Shown here one piece after another: positions 18,926 to 30,071 of a stretch of DNA of 64,000 nucleotides. The translations under genes were made by a program, and so were the position numbers. Position 1 is the first letter of the stretch; each line of letters starts with the position of its first letter. The stretch lies in the IMG/VR virus record IMGVR_UViG_3300003877_000001, positions 186,001 to 250,000 of that record; one strand, 5' to 3'. The notes under the pieces were generated by a model. It was not told the origin of the DNA. It made no database searches and was given only the letters and a program-made list of their open reading frames with translations.

Positions 18926-19198
18926 TTATTTAATTCTTTTAAGGTTGCATTGTATAGAATCAGAAGAGTATAACCAATCTGAATTAGGTCTTTCTTTCCA
19001 TACTTTAGTTACTTTGAATATTTTTGTTTGATTATCTTCATTAAATTCAATAGTTAATCCTACTTCACAATCAATATAATCTTTATTTTCATCAAAGACT
19101 GTATAATTTGTATCTGACATATGAACAGCTCCATTATACCAGAAGTCTTTTTTTATTTCTGGAAAGAGTTTGAGTTTGATTTGTTTAAATAAGTTCAT
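18926..19198 (-). CDS. Hypothetical protein
   Basis: ORF on coding strand. Confidence 0.65.
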   Translation of the reverse strand: MNLFKQIKLKLFPEIKKDFWYNGAVHMSDTNYTVFDENKDYIDCEVGLTIEFNEDNQTKIFKVTKVWKERPNSDWLYSSDSIQCNLKRIK

Positions 19199-19516
19199 AA
19201 TTAATTATTTAATTCTTTTAATGCATCTAGTGATGATTGTTTCATAAACTCAATAGTTTCACTAGGGATTGTTTGATTATTTTCTCTTAGGAAGACTATT
19301 GCTTCTCTAATTTCTTTTTCTAATTGCTTTTTAGCATTTGATAAATCTTCCATTATAAACTATCTTTAACTTCTTGAATTGTTGGAAATATATCACCTCT
19401 TTGGCTACTTCTTTTAGGTAGGTATTGATAACCACCTTTAACATCCACTATACTACCAACATATTTATTGTCAAGATAGACATGTACTTGGGTTCTTTTT
19501 TTATATGTGAGCATAT

Positions 19517-19717
19517 TTATGATTTTTTGTATATAAATAAATTAAATACAGCAGATAGATAATAGGAAGCACCAATTAAATATATAATCATTTTTAATAT
19601 TTCTTGATTTCTTAATATAGTAAAGATATTTATTTTAAAGAACAGATAAATCATTACTACTATAAAAGGAATAACGATTACGTTTGTGATACTAATAATT
19701 TTAATAAATTTTTTCAT
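19517..19717 (-). CDS. Small 2-TM membrane protein (paralog of 17506..17706)
   Basis: Near-identical to 17506..17706. Confidence 0.7.
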   Translation of the reverse strand: MKKFIKIISITNVIVIPFIVVMIYLFFKINIFTILRNQEILKMIIYLIGASYYLSAVFNLFIYKKS

Positions 19718-19724
19718 AATATTT

Positions 19725-19988
19725 TTATTTAATAATTGGATAGTTCCAGAGTTTTACTAGAAATTCGGGTATACCTTTTACTATGATTAAATATAATATA
19801 CTTAAAGGAATTCCTACAATCATTATAATATAACCAAATGCAGCAGAGTAAATATATACACCACTAGGTTTTGATTCATTCCAAAAGTAGTTAAAACTAT
19901 ATTCATCTATGTACATAAAGAATACACTCACAAAATATATTGCTAATGTAATTAAAAAAATTGTTCCTAATGTTATTGGCTTTTTCAT
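19725..19988 (-). CDS. Membrane protein
   Basis: Two hydrophobic helices. Confidence 0.65.
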   Translation of the reverse strand: MKKPITLGTIFLITLAIYFVSVFFMYIDEYSFNYFWNESKPSGVYIYSAAFGYIIMIVGIPLSILYLIIVKGIPEFLVKLWNYPIIK

Positions 19989-20003
19989 ATTTTTAATTAA
20001 GAA

Positions 20004-20522
20004 TTAATATGGGTCAACCGACCAGTTTAACAAGTCATGTAGAACATCGTTTCTATCTACCATAAAATATTCCTTAAATGAATTAAAGGTATGTTCACCA
20101 GACCATCTCATGTGTTTGCTATTCATAATACAAGCGACACCTTCTTTATTTGCATTTGCGATTGAAACTAAGAATTCTGCTATTTGTTTCCAATGATCAT
20201 CAGAGAAATTATCTCTCATATAAGCATCTTTTGTTTCTTCTAGGATGTACTCAATATCATCAGAAGGTTTTTCGAAAGTGTTATTATCAAACACCACATC
20301 AAACTTTAACTCTACAATATGTTGCATACAGTTTTGTTTGATGATTGCTTGTTGATGTGTATATTCTTTAAAGTCTTTACACAACTGTTCTAATTGCATT
20401 ATATTGAGATTACCATCACCACTATAATAAGGCTGTTTAATAACAATTCCTTTATAGTGTATTGGTAGGTACATATCATCTGACATATATACCATGTGTT
20501 CTTTTTTTAGTTTATTAGCCAT
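20004..20522 (-). CDS. Hypothetical protein
   Basis: ORF on coding strand. Confidence 0.7.
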   Translation of the reverse strand: MANKLKKEHMVYMSDDMYLPIHYKGIVIKQPYYSGDGNLNIMQLEQLCKDFKEYTHQQAIIKQNCMQHIVELKFDVVFDNNTFEKPSDDIEYILEETKDAYMRDNFSDDHWKQIAEFLVSIANANKEGVACIMNSKHMRWSGEHTFNSFKEYFMVDRNDVLHDLLNWSVDPY

Positions 20523-20621
20523 AATTATTTAATTAATAATTTAAGAGTTCTTCAATAAAGTTAATTTGATGGTTAACTTTACGTATTTTTTTCTTATAAA
20601 TTTCATAATTTAGTTTTGATT

Positions 20622-21008
20622 TTAATTCACCAATTCTAATGAACGTCTTTTATAACCATCATCATAACCATCAGCATACTGTTTATCTTTTCTATACTCT
20701 TTAGTAATAGCATCAGCTAGGACTTGCTTTTGTTTTTTTAATTTAGTATTTCCCTCATGCCATTTAAATCTTTCATCATCTAATGCTTCTGCTTTCTTCC
20801 ATAGGTTTTCATTAAGAGAAAAGGTTACATTACCTGCCGAACCTAATAAGATGATTGCACCTGAAATATATACGAAATATTCAGCACGTCCTAGAATGCG
20901 TAACATTTCAGGGTCAGTAGTAGATGCAGCAATAACTGAAAATCCTACTATGAAGAATATTACTGCAAATATATTTAATATCGATACTATTTTAAAAAAC
21001 TTTCTCAT
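20622..21008 (-). CDS. Membrane protein
   Basis: Two N-terminal hydrophobic helices. Confidence 0.7.
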   Translation of the reverse strand: MRKFFKIVSILNIFAVIFFIVGFSVIAASTTDPEMLRILGRAEYFVYISGAIILLGSAGNVTFSLNENLWKKAEALDDERFKWHEGNTKLKKQKQVLADAITKEYRKDKQYADGYDDGYKRRSLELVN

Positions 21009-21010
21009 AA

Positions 21011-21649
21011 TTATTTAATTAATAGTTTATTTTGTTCTTGTAATTTTTCTAGACCTAGAACATTTACTTTATGCATGATTGCATTTTCAACTTCTTTTTT
21101 AGCATCTAGTACAACATCATCCATTGTTTCTTGAAATGTTTTCATAAAGAATGGTATATTACTTTTAACTTCTTGGCTAATTTTTTGTATAATAAATTTT
21201 AGTTCTTCTTGATCAGCTTTAGAAAGAGTTTTCTTCTTAACAAGTTCTTGTGCTCTTTTTTTACCATTAGTAAGTTCATTAGCAAACTCATTCATTCTAT
21301 CTTTCATTTTACGATGAACAAATTCTTTTTGACTTTCGGTTTTATCAATAGGTTCTACTTGTTTACCATCAACAAATTGTAAGGTACAAGGAACACCTGA
21401 ACCCATATTTATTGAGGTTATTAATTCACTAAATTGATTAGAGGTCATACGAAGTTGTAGAATCCTTTTCTTTGGAAAGTAATAATCTGAACTTAATGAT
21501 TTTTCATGTTCAGATTCACTAACTGTCATTGTGATGTAGTTACCTTGTTTAAGTTCACTACCATAAAATTCATCACCAACATTAGAAGATGTTCTAGTAA
21601 ATTCTATCTGTCCATAAGCAGGATGTTTGTATTTTTCTTTGTCTTTCAT
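21011..21649 (-). CDS. Conserved hypothetical phage protein
   Basis: HPAYGQI...FYGS...GVPCTL motifs; coiled-coil C-terminus. Confidence 0.75.
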   Translation of the reverse strand: MKDKEKYKHPAYGQIEFTRTSSNVGDEFYGSELKQGNYITMTVSESEHEKSLSSDYYFPKKRILQLRMTSNQFSELITSINMGSGVPCTLQFVDGKQVEPIDKTESQKEFVHRKMKDRMNEFANELTNGKKRAQELVKKKTLSKADQEELKFIIQKISQEVKSNIPFFMKTFQETMDDVVLDAKKEVENAIMHKVNVLGLEKLQEQNKLLIK

Positions 21650-22105
21650 AATATCTTATACGTATAGGATCTTCTAAAGGTTACGATTTATTTTTATAAT
21701 ATAATAAAATAACATTTAAATATGAAAACATTAACGCTAAATTCAAACTAGACGTTAAAGGGTTTGAATATTCAGGATTTGTTTTCAATAAATATAGAGA
21801 ATAGCATATAAATATTAAAGATATAAGTGATATTAATATTCTAAAATTTTTCATTTTTCTTCTTTTAAATTAAGATTCTGGATAATATTCTTTTATTTCT
21901 TTGCAGAAGTTGGGATATAAATCACGTTCATCTAAAAACGTCATAGTATCGTCAAAATCATATTCACCACCATAGACAGAGTAACCACTATATTTTACTT
22001 GTATGGTATGATAGTGCATCGGTTATAATATCAATATTCTTAAAGTCTTTAAGGAATTTGATAGTAAAGTGTATTATATTTTTATGAGTTACCTTCTTCA
22101 TAATT

Positions 22106-22480
22106 TTAATCTAGATTATATCTTTTTACACCATCCTCAATAACTATATTACACTGTATAAGACCACATAGTTCATTAATGGCTCTATCTATTGCTTGTC
22201 TTTGATCTCTCACTATACCCCTATTAAAAGCAGCAGAGAACACACTTTTGAGTTGGTGGTTAGAACCAGACCCATCATTCTGTATTTTCATATAGATATC
22301 AAGTAACTTATTAAACAATACGTTACGATATTCATTTCCTTTATACCACCCATAAAATTCTTTAAAGATTGGTTTTAAAGTAAGTGTCCAATTTCCAGTA
22401 TGTGGATGATCATTTCTATAATGACCTTTACACGCTAGAATGAATTTTACTTCGGCTTTAGATAGTTCTATCATAGTCAT
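22106..22480 (-). CDS. Hypothetical protein
   Basis: ORF on coding strand. Confidence 0.65.
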   Translation of the reverse strand: MTMIELSKAEVKFILACKGHYRNDHPHTGNWTLTLKPIFKEFYGWYKGNEYRNVLFNKLLDIYMKIQNDGSGSNHQLKSVFSAAFNRGIVRDQRQAIDRAINELCGLIQCNIVIEDGVKRYNLD

Positions 22481-22628
22481 TTGTTGTTATAATTTGAAAT
22501 ATTGTTTTATTATCTTTAACTGGTACTTTTTCGTATTTGTAGGTAGTGATTTTCATATTATCTTATACGTTTAGGACACCCTAAAGGTTACGATAAATAT
22601 ATTATTTTATATGATGTACTTTTATATT

Positions 22629-22877
22629 TTAGGAAACATACACCAATTCCCCACTATAAAATTCACATTCATATCTTTGGTATTTAGGTTTAACCATAAT
22701 GTAAGCACCATCTATATTTGTTACTTTACCTAATAATGGCTTAGGTTTGTCTTTTAATTGAAAAGGTATGTTTCCAACAATCGACACGGGGTCACCAACT
22801 TTTAATGGTCGTTTGTAAACATTACCTATACGTAATTTGCTTTCTATTTTATTTCTTTCGTTCATAAAGTCAATCAT
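22629..22877 (-). CDS. Hypothetical protein (SH3/KOW-like)
   Basis: LKVGDPV...GKVTNIDG pattern. Confidence 0.55.
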   Translation of the reverse strand: MIDFMNERNKIESKLRIGNVYKRPLKVGDPVSIVGNIPFQLKDKPKPLLGKVTNIDGAYIMVKPKYQRYECEFYSGELVYVS

Positions 22878-23143
22878 ATTATTTCATACATAAATTTTTC
22901 TTTAATTTGTATCATTGTATCTTCTAATATTTTCCCATGTGTTTTCATATCGTAAAGAACCATATTTAATAAATTCTTCATTTCACGAATTTTTATTGAT
23001 TGCCCATAGAAATGTGCAATTAAAACATCAACAGGTTCACTATTCTTTTCAATACCAAACCCACCAACATCTAGAAATGCTTGTCTTATTTTTTTATCCT
23101 GTTCTTCTTTGGTCATAATATTTTTAATTGAAAAGTTTACCAA
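22874..23143 (-). CDS. Hypothetical protein
   Basis: ORF in operon-like run. Confidence 0.6.
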   Translation of the reverse strand: MVNFSIKNIMTKEEQDKKIRQAFLDVGGFGIEKNSEPVDVLIAHFYGQSIKIREMKNLLNMVLYDMKTHGKILEDTMIQIKEKFMYEII

Positions 23144-23481
23144 TCGTCAGTAGGTTCGTAAGGAATTTTATTTTTTAAATCAAAAATAAGTAATTCACTT
23201 TCATCCCAACCACCATCTTCATCATGTGCCATAACAAAGAAAAGATCATTATTATTTCCACAAAATAATTCTTCTTGTTTTCTACCCAATGAGGATATTT
23301 CATATCTAGTATATTCCCACATATCACCTTGTTTATATCTATCAAAGTTAATATATTTACCATCATCTGAAATCGACCATTGCGTATCTAATTCAGGGCA
23401 AATTGGGGAATCATTACCAGTACCAATAACTTCCTTTATTTTATTTTGTAATGTTTCTAAACTTTTTATTAGTTCTCTCAT
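23137..23481 (-). CDS. Hypothetical protein
   Basis: ORF on coding strand. Confidence 0.65.
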   Translation of the reverse strand: MRELIKSLETLQNKIKEVIGTGNDSPICPELDTQWSISDDGKYINFDRYKQGDMWEYTRYEISSLGRKQEELFCGNNNDLFFVMAHDEDGGWDESELLIFDLKNKIPYEPTDDW

Positions 23482-23495
23482 AATATTTTTAATTT

Positions 23496-23754
23496 ACTTA
23501 ATTCATTTATAATATTTGGTTATCCTACACATTTTAGTAGAGCCGAAGATGAATACTTTATTATCTTTTGGTTCATAATCTGGAAGATCATCAACATGAT
23601 TAAAATCATTAGGAATAAGATTGATGTCAGTTATTTTATCTATAAATGGAAAAACCCTAACAGTAGTATGTTTGAGTCCTAATCTCTTTAAAGATTCATG
23701 AAGAAGATCATAGTGTTCTTCTCTAAATAAATTTTCCTATATAATATATTCCAC
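23496..23754 (-). pseudogene. Truncated remnant resembling the N-terminus of a phage ATP-grasp protein
   Basis: VEYII*ENLFREEHYDLL...VFIFGSTKM, with in-frame TAG and early end. Confidence 0.4.
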
Positions 23755-23912
23755 TATTTAAATAATTTACCACCAACAATATTAAAATCTTCATCGAATA
23801 TAATCTCCAAATTACAGTATTCACCATATTCGAAATTTTTTGATATTACTTCAGCATAAAATTTATCATGTAAATCATCCTCATTAAGTGTGTTGTTTTC
23901 TTTTTCATAATT

Positions 23913-24191
23913 CTATTCGTTATACCAATGTGTTATACCTTGTTCTTTTGCACCATAATACCAAGTATTATGGTCACCAACAATTGATTTACCTTCTTTA
24001 CCATTTTTAAATTTAACTTTATGGATAGTACCACCTGTTAATAAATCCATTGCATTCATCATAGGTAGATGATCTTCAATAGATAACCAACCTTTAGGTG
24101 TTTTATCTCTAAGGTCTTCAGCAATTTCTAGTTTTTCTTCATCAGTTAAACCTGCGAGATACTCTCTTAATTTTTCAATCATTTTACTCAT
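23913..24191 (-). CDS. Hypothetical protein
   Basis: GWLSIEDHLP...ITHW pattern (DUF551-like). Confidence 0.6.
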   Translation of the reverse strand: MSKMIEKLREYLAGLTDEEKLEIAEDLRDKTPKGWLSIEDHLPMMNAMDLLTGGTIHKVKFKNGKEGKSIVGDHNTWYYGAKEQGITHWYNE

Positions 24192-24215
24192 AATGTGATA
24201 TCTTTTATTAATATT

Positions 24216-24434
24216 TTATTTACAATAAAAGCAACAATCCAAATAAAAAAAAACACCAATAAATTGAATTATTCTAAAACCAATTACTTCTATTATTGTA
24301 TTACGTACATCATTATTAGACCACAATACTTCTTTAATTGGATCAAATAGTGTATCACCCAAAACAAGGGTTAATCCTAATGCTAATCCAAAAACAATAA
24401 AACCTACAATTAGTTTAACTATTAATTTTCTCAT
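24216..24434 (-). CDS. Membrane protein
   Basis: Hydrophobic helices. Confidence 0.6.
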   Translation of the reverse strand: MRKLIVKLIVGFIVFGLALGLTLVLGDTLFDPIKEVLWSNNDVRNTIIEVIGFRIIQFIGVFFYLDCCFYCK

Positions 24435-24440
24435 AATTTT

Positions 24441-24668
24441 TTAATATTTCCAATCGTTATAAATTGCTAAAACATAATAAGGATCAGCATAGTAAAACCA
24501 TCTTTCTCTATTTTTACTCCAACTACGATAGATTACTAATTTATTTTTTAATTCATTATCTTTATCAGCAGGATTATCTAAAATATAATCAATATGTATT
24601 TTAGATACACCATGATTATGAGGCGTATTTAACTGATAACTTTTAGCTGCTTTAATTTCTAATTCCAT
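24441..24668 (-). CDS. Hypothetical protein
   Basis: ORF in operon-like run. Confidence 0.65.
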   Translation of the reverse strand: MELEIKAAKSYQLNTPHNHGVSKIHIDYILDNPADKDNELKNKLVIYRSWSKNRERWFYYADPYYVLAIYNDWKY

Positions 24669-24670
24669 TA

Positions 24671-25093
24671 TTAATAGTTTTTATACTCATTCAAATCAAA
24701 GCATACAAGTTTACCTTCTTCAGTCCAACCAACTTCATCTCTACATGAAGAAGCAAACAACATTTGAGGTATTGTCATATTCCTATCATCAAATTTTATT
24801 GGATTACAGAATTCTTGTTCTATAAGCATTCCATCCAACGTTAACTTGGTTTCAGCCATTTCTTTTCTTACTTCATCAGAAGCATTTTCATATATTTCAA
24901 TTTCTTCAAGGTTATAGTCTTTAGAATCTTTTCTTATAAGTATTTTTATAACCTTAGTTTTAGAATTATTTACATATACATGACGAGTCAATCCTTCATC
25001 AAAGTAAGTATAAACCTCACCTTTATGGAAGATCGCATCATGTTTGACATCATCTCTGACCTCTTGCTGCAAAATAGTTTCTATTTTATTCAT
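24671..25093 (-). CDS. Hypothetical protein
   Basis: ORF after promoter 25101. Confidence 0.7.
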   Translation of the reverse strand: MNKIETILQQEVRDDVKHDAIFHKGEVYTYFDEGLTRHVYVNNSKTKVIKILIRKDSKDYNLEEIEIYENASDEVRKEMAETKLTLDGMLIEQEFCNPIKFDDRNMTIPQMLFASSCRDEVGWTEEGKLVCFDLNEYKNY

Positions 25094-25255
25094 ATTATCT
25101 TATACGTATAGGATATCCTAAAGGTTACAACCAAAGATATAATATAATACATAAACATCCCCAAGCAAGAATACCATATCCAATTTCCAAGCATCTAGGT
25201 ATATCTCTATGTGATGTTTGAATGGTTAATAATCTATAAAATCCAATTATTTTTT

Positions 25256-25558
25256 TTAGTTGTCTTTAAAAAAATCATGACTATCCATGTCAGTATATGT
25301 TTTTATTATTTTTTTAATATCTTCACCACATTTAATAACCATTTTCATACGTTCTTCCATTGGCATATCTTCTTCTTGTTGTAAGTTCCAAATCTTATCC
25401 ATCATAACGGATATGAATATCTTACTAGCATATTCTAAAGCAACATCATCATAATTAGGTTGTCCTAATTCATATGATTCAAATTCCCATATACCATCAG
25501 AAATTGATTCTAATACTGGTGTTAATTTCTTTCCGAATTCTGTTTTTAAATTTTCCAT
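25256..25558 (-). CDS. Hypothetical protein
   Basis: ORF on coding strand. Confidence 0.7.
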   Translation of the reverse strand: MENLKTEFGKKLTPVLESISDGIWEFESYELGQPNYDDVALEYASKIFISVMMDKIWNLQQEEDMPMEERMKMVIKCGEDIKKIIKTYTDMDSHDFFKDN

Positions 25559-25821
25559 GATTCTTCTTTTACTTCAAATCCACAATCTCTTAAAAACCCT
25601 TGTCCAACTGGTGAACCTAACCATTGAATTGTAGATATTACATTTTTTTTTTCTCTATCACTTAAATGGTCATTAGGAAAGTGATTATTATCATGTCCAA
25701 ATACTAATCTATCCATTGACTTATCACCATATTTTCGTTCAATAAAATCATTAACAAATTTCTCATGTAATTCTTTTTCTTTAGGATTATTTTTGTGTCT
25801 ATGTGTATTATATCCTTTCAT
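25546..25821 (-). CDS. Conserved hypothetical phage protein
   Basis: STIQWLGSPVGQGFL motif. Confidence 0.7.
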   Translation of the reverse strand: MKGYNTHRHKNNPKEKELHEKFVNDFIERKYGDKSMDRLVFGHDNNHFPNDHLSDREKKNVISTIQWLGSPVGQGFLRDCGFEVKEESWKI

Positions 25822-25823
25822 AA

Positions 25824-26276
25824 TTATTTATTAAACCATATAACATGAGTAGCACCTCTAGGTTCGGTTGAGAACACTTCATCATTACTTTTATATCCAT
25901 CTTTAACCCAATAACCATAACCATCATCAATAGTAATATCACAATTATTAATAGAATCTTCCCATTCTTCTATCGTATAAACATCATCTTTATTTGTAAT
26001 AATACCATTACTACCATAAACTCTTGCATTTGATTGCTGAAAAGATTCTTCATTACGTAAAATTGCAGATTTATGATAACAACTATCAATAGACATGTTA
26101 CTAATTTTACCATTGGGTGTTGCTATGATTAAACGTTGGTCTTGACTACCATTACCACCATCCATAGCACCAATTACTTCACCAAAATTTTCTTCTAGTT
26201 CATATAGAGGATTCTTATAATCATCTTCGCCAATTTTAATTTTAGGATATTTAGTTTGTTTCCAATATACTATCAT
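25824..26276 (-). CDS. Hypothetical protein
   Basis: DDGYGY...ATHVIWFNK motif. Confidence 0.7.
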   Translation of the reverse strand: MIVYWKQTKYPKIKIGEDDYKNPLYELEENFGEVIGAMDGGNGSQDQRLIIATPNGKISNMSIDSCYHKSAILRNEESFQQSNARVYGSNGIITNKDDVYTIEEWEDSINNCDITIDDGYGYWVKDGYKSNDEVFSTEPRGATHVIWFNK

Positions 26277-26278
26277 AA

Positions 26279-26476
26279 TTATTTATTTTCGTCTTTTATT
26301 CTCATATTATCTAGTCTTAAATCTAATATGATTTCTAATAATGCATCATCACTAAACTTTTCTGCACCTTCAACCTCTCTCATATCAACTAAAGAACCAC
26401 CCTTCAATCCTGCAAAACCTGATCTTGCAACTTTTAAAAGGTGGTTATTAACATTTAATTTTTCATCATCTCCCAT
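26279..26476 (-). CDS. Hypothetical protein
   Basis: Overlapping stop/start. Confidence 0.6.
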   Translation of the reverse strand: MGDDEKLNVNNHLLKVARSGFAGLKGGSLVDMREVEGAEKFSDDALLEIILDLRLDNMRIKDENK

Positions 26477-26997
26477 TATAACAATTCTATTTTTTTAATA
26501 TCGGCAACAAATTTAGCATCTTCCTTTTCACTATAAAAATACTGTTCATTATTGTTAAACGATGAATAACATCTAAGCAACTCATGTTTTACTAAATTAA
26601 AAGATTTTTTATTTGCTGTTGATTTAATTTTTTGTATCTTCTCTTCTCTTTTTTGTATCTTCTCTTCAATTGCTTCTATTTTAGAATCATACCCAACATT
26701 ACTACTAAGTCTATTAAAAGAAAGACCTAACAATGACATTTTAACATTTTCTATCATTGAAGATTGACTCAAGCTACTTCTTCTGAATAGACTAGCACCA
26801 TCTGTTTTATCATAAAGATAATTAATATGTGCATCAACCAATCCATTATCTTCCAAGAATTTTTCTATGAGTTTACCTGCACCTAACTTAGGATTAGGAA
26901 CATCATATACAAATGCATTAACTATCTCAACAATAGTAGCATCATCAATATCTTTGAAGTAATCAAATATGATTTTTTGTAATTGTTCTATTTGCAT
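26476..26997 (-). CDS. Hypothetical protein
   Basis: ORF after promoter 27005. Confidence 0.7.
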   Translation of the reverse strand: MQIEQLQKIIFDYFKDIDDATIVEIVNAFVYDVPNPKLGAGKLIEKFLEDNGLVDAHINYLYDKTDGASLFRRSSLSQSSMIENVKMSLLGLSFNRLSSNVGYDSKIEAIEEKIQKREEKIQKIKSTANKKSFNLVKHELLRCYSSFNNNEQYFYSEKEDAKFVADIKKIELL

Positions 26998-27265
26998 ATT
27001 ACCTTATACGTTTAGGATATCCTAAAGGTTACTCATATTTATATTTCTTTTTCATTTTAGCAACAAACTCTTCAATATCATCACAAATTTCTTCACGTTC
27101 ACCATGAGGAAGTTGATTTAAAATATCTTCTAACAATACCAGTTCTTGTTTGGCAACAACATAATCTACATCCATTCCCATAATTATATTTTTAATTTAA
27201 AGTGTCTAAAGGTTGTTTACTGCGATCTTATTGGTTATTTCAAGGTTTCAGACTTCCAACCACTA

Positions 27266-27460
27266 CTACAAACCCTTTTTCGTGACACTAGTATCTTTAT
27301 TTGGGCATTCTTTATAATCTTCACCATCTTCATCACTACCAATTGCACCAATGATTGATGCACCACAAAGGTATTCTATTTCCCAAATATGTAAAGAACC
27401 AGTACCTGCTTCTTCATTTATCTCTGCTCCACAATATTTACAATTATCACTATTCTCCAT
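27266..27460 (-). CDS. Small Zn-ribbon-like protein
   Basis: CKYC...C...C pattern. Confidence 0.55.
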   Translation of the reverse strand: MENSDNCKYCGAEINEEAGTGSLHIWEIEYLCGASIIGAIGSDEDGEDYKECPNKDTSVTKKGL

Positions 27461-27674
27461 TATATTTTTAATTAAAAATGTGGCTGAATGTATTTGAGTT
27501 TACCATTTAAATTAGTTTCAACGATATTTAAATCCCCTTTCGGTCATAGTTACCAAATCAACATCTAATCATGCTGTCCTCACCCAATTGCGAGTTAGAT
27601 TTATTTTGTGTCTACTAGTGTAATACTAGATTCATTTATCAACACGTTAATTAGACGTACTAATCACCACATTT

Positions 27675-27920
27675 TTATTCTTCAAATTTTACGAATTTAT
27701 ATAAATATTCCCTTCTCTCTCCTTTAGAATATTTATCTGCCCAAGCCTTAAACCAAGACTTTTTTACTATAATAACTTGCCATTTCTCATGATATTCAGC
27801 AGCTTGATCGCTATCAATAAGATTATCTGCTACCATTCTTTCAAGTACTAAATCTTTTACTTGATTAGCATTGGTTGTGTAATCTTCTATCTCCAATAAC
27901 ATTCCATCAATAGTTCCCAT
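27675..27920 (-). CDS. Hypothetical protein
   Basis: ORF on coding strand. Confidence 0.65.
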   Translation of the reverse strand: MGTIDGMLLEIEDYTTNANQVKDLVLERMVADNLIDSDQAAEYHEKWQVIIVKKSWFKAWADKYSKGERREYLYKFVKFEE

Positions 27921-27937
27921 AATTCTTAATTTAAAAT

Positions 27938-28195
27938 TTATACAAAACTTGCCATATAATCTTCATCTTCTACATGCCAACCGTACTTAGCTAACAGTAC
28001 AACCTCTTCTTCGGTTATACCACCTTCGATAAGTTCATCAATATCACAACCATATACTATGTCGTGTTCAGCAGCACCTAAAACATTATCTACATATTTA
28101 TGCATTATTTCTAATGCTAAAAATTTAAGATCACCTTCTAAACTTAACTCCATTTCAGTATTTTCGATTATTTCGAGAAATTCTTCTTTTTTCAT
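27938..28195 (-). CDS. Hypothetical acidic protein
   Basis: AAEHDIVYG motif. Confidence 0.7.
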   Translation of the reverse strand: MKKEEFLEIIENTEMELSLEGDLKFLALEIMHKYVDNVLGAAEHDIVYGCDIDELIEGGITEEEVVLLAKYGWHVEDEDYMASFV

Positions 28196-28213
28196 TTTGT
28201 AAATATAGTTAAA

Positions 28214-28531
28214 TTATTTATTATCTTCAACAAATTTGTTAACTTTATTTGTTAACTTGTTTAGTAAGTCAATACTTATATTGTTTTTAATTGAGTTGAT
28301 TGTAATAGTACAAGCAACAACATTTGAATCAATATATCCAATATTATTATCAACTCTATCTATTGACCTACGATTGGTGCTATTATTAAATTTAACACCA
28401 GTATAATAACAAGTTTTTCTTGTCATTAACTGCTTCATTTTATTAAAGCTAATTCCATACTGATATCCTCTAGTTGTAGCACTCTGTCTAGTTGCTACCA
28501 TTTTATATGCAATATCTATGTCTTTTACCAT
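28214..28531 (-). CDS. HNH/His-Me finger endonuclease-like protein
   Basis: CYYTG...SIDRVDNNIGY...NVVAC...N. Confidence 0.75.
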   Translation of the reverse strand: MVKDIDIAYKMVATRQSATTRGYQYGISFNKMKQLMTRKTCYYTGVKFNNSTNRRSIDRVDNNIGYIDSNVVACTITINSIKNNISIDLLNKLTNKVNKFVEDNK

Positions 28532-29385
28532 AATCTATTATACGTTAGGGTGTCCTAAAAGGTTACAATTCTTTATATTCAGTTAAATAATCAAGTAATT
28601 GTTTCTTTAATGTTTCAATTATAGTATTTAGAATTTCCATATTACCACCATGTCTAGTTAGAATAGTACCATCACCAGAATTATCACTATGTCTACCAAT
28701 AGTTATCGAATATAAACCATCATCATATTGATTTTCAGGGGTTCTTTTTTTATGTTCTTTTTTTATGTTCTTTTTCTGTGTTCGATTTAAATAATGTTAA
28801 ATCTTCTAAACTTTCTTTAGTTGTCTTAATTATTTTTTTTAAAACATTTGCTCTTTCTAATTTTATATCATCCATAATTTTTAATTAAATATTATCCATT
28901 CTTTTTTTCTCACCACAACTTCGAAACCCTTTTCATCATAACCTACAAACTTTTCACCATCCCATGTACCTTCTATAAGTATCTTCATAGCTTTTCCATG
29001 TGCCTTTGGATTAGGATTAGGTATTACTGTTTCGAACCATGCTTTTTCTTTTTTCATTCTATTCTATTCTTCAAATCCTAATTCAATAAAAAGCCAGATC
29101 ATCCAAATAGGAAAAAATATAAACTCTATAATTGTTTTTAAATTTATTGTAGTATGATCTATGGCTAACATCATTATGGCAATTCCATAGGATATGCCAC
29201 AATAAACCGAAATAACTACTATTAACCAAGTTGCCATTATTTTTCTGCTTTAAAGTAAAGAATAATACCTAGAACGATCGAAGGTATTGCTATAAGCCAG
29301 AACATTAGTTCATTAATCTCATAAGGCATGTTACTTCCAATAAATGAACCATATACTGCACTAAATAGGTGACTTCTTTTAATTT

Positions 29386-29640
29386 TCATAGTTCTTTTAC
29401 AAATTTATCGCACAATTCAATTACTGTTGTTCCTTCTTTAAGGTCTTCAATGGTAATCCCTATTTGATTCTGACTGAATTGAAAATTCTCACACCACTCA
29501 ACAAGATAACCCTCACCTTGCTCGTCTTTATCACTAGCAGCATAACGTTTATCCATTATATCAATGAATTGACCTAATACTTGATCACTACCATATGCAA
29601 TGTTAATGTTTTCGTTAACTTCGTATATTTTTCTGCTCAT
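29386..29640 (-). CDS. Hypothetical protein
   Basis: ORF on coding strand. Confidence 0.65.
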   Translation of the reverse strand: MSRKIYEVNENINIAYGSDQVLGQFIDIMDKRYAASDKDEQGEGYLVEWCENFQFSQNQIGITIEDLKEGTTVIELCDKFVKEL

Positions 29641-29806
29641 AATTTTTCTTTATAAAGTTATTAAAATAGTAATCAACATTAGATAAAAATACTTGTTTAT
29701 CTTCTGCTTTTACAAATTTAATTAAATTTTCTTGTAAAACAAGTTTAAGATTAAAAATTTTACGTTTATTATCTATTTTCTTCAATCCACTTGTTGGTTG
29801 CATCAT
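29615..29806 (-). CDS. Hypothetical protein
   Basis: ORF in run. Confidence 0.5.
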   Translation of the reverse strand: MMQPTSGLKKIDNKRKIFNLKLVLQENLIKFVKAEDKQVFLSNVDYYFNNFIKKNYEQKNIRS

Positions 29807-30071
29807 TAAATTTTTTCATTTTTTCAGATGTTGAAGCATATCCTAATTCGGCAGCAATTTCTGATACACAATATTAAGTATTATTAACCAAGTTGCCATA
29901 ATTATTTCTTTTTTTCTAATAATAAAATTGATATACCATTAACACTACGTAATGTCGTGATTACTTTCCAATTTTCTTTTTTTGTAAGTTCATTCAACGT
30001 ATCAATATGAAACTCTTTAGGTATTTGTGTAGATTGTGACACACCTGTCATTAATTTAAATGTTCTATATT

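Noticed and set aside
23496-23754. TAG-to-Gln recoding suggested by an in-frame TAG in YII*ENLF
   Set aside because: Long genes are intact under code 11 and rIIB and the macro gene end at TAG, so a single nonsense mutation in a truncated remnant is more likely.
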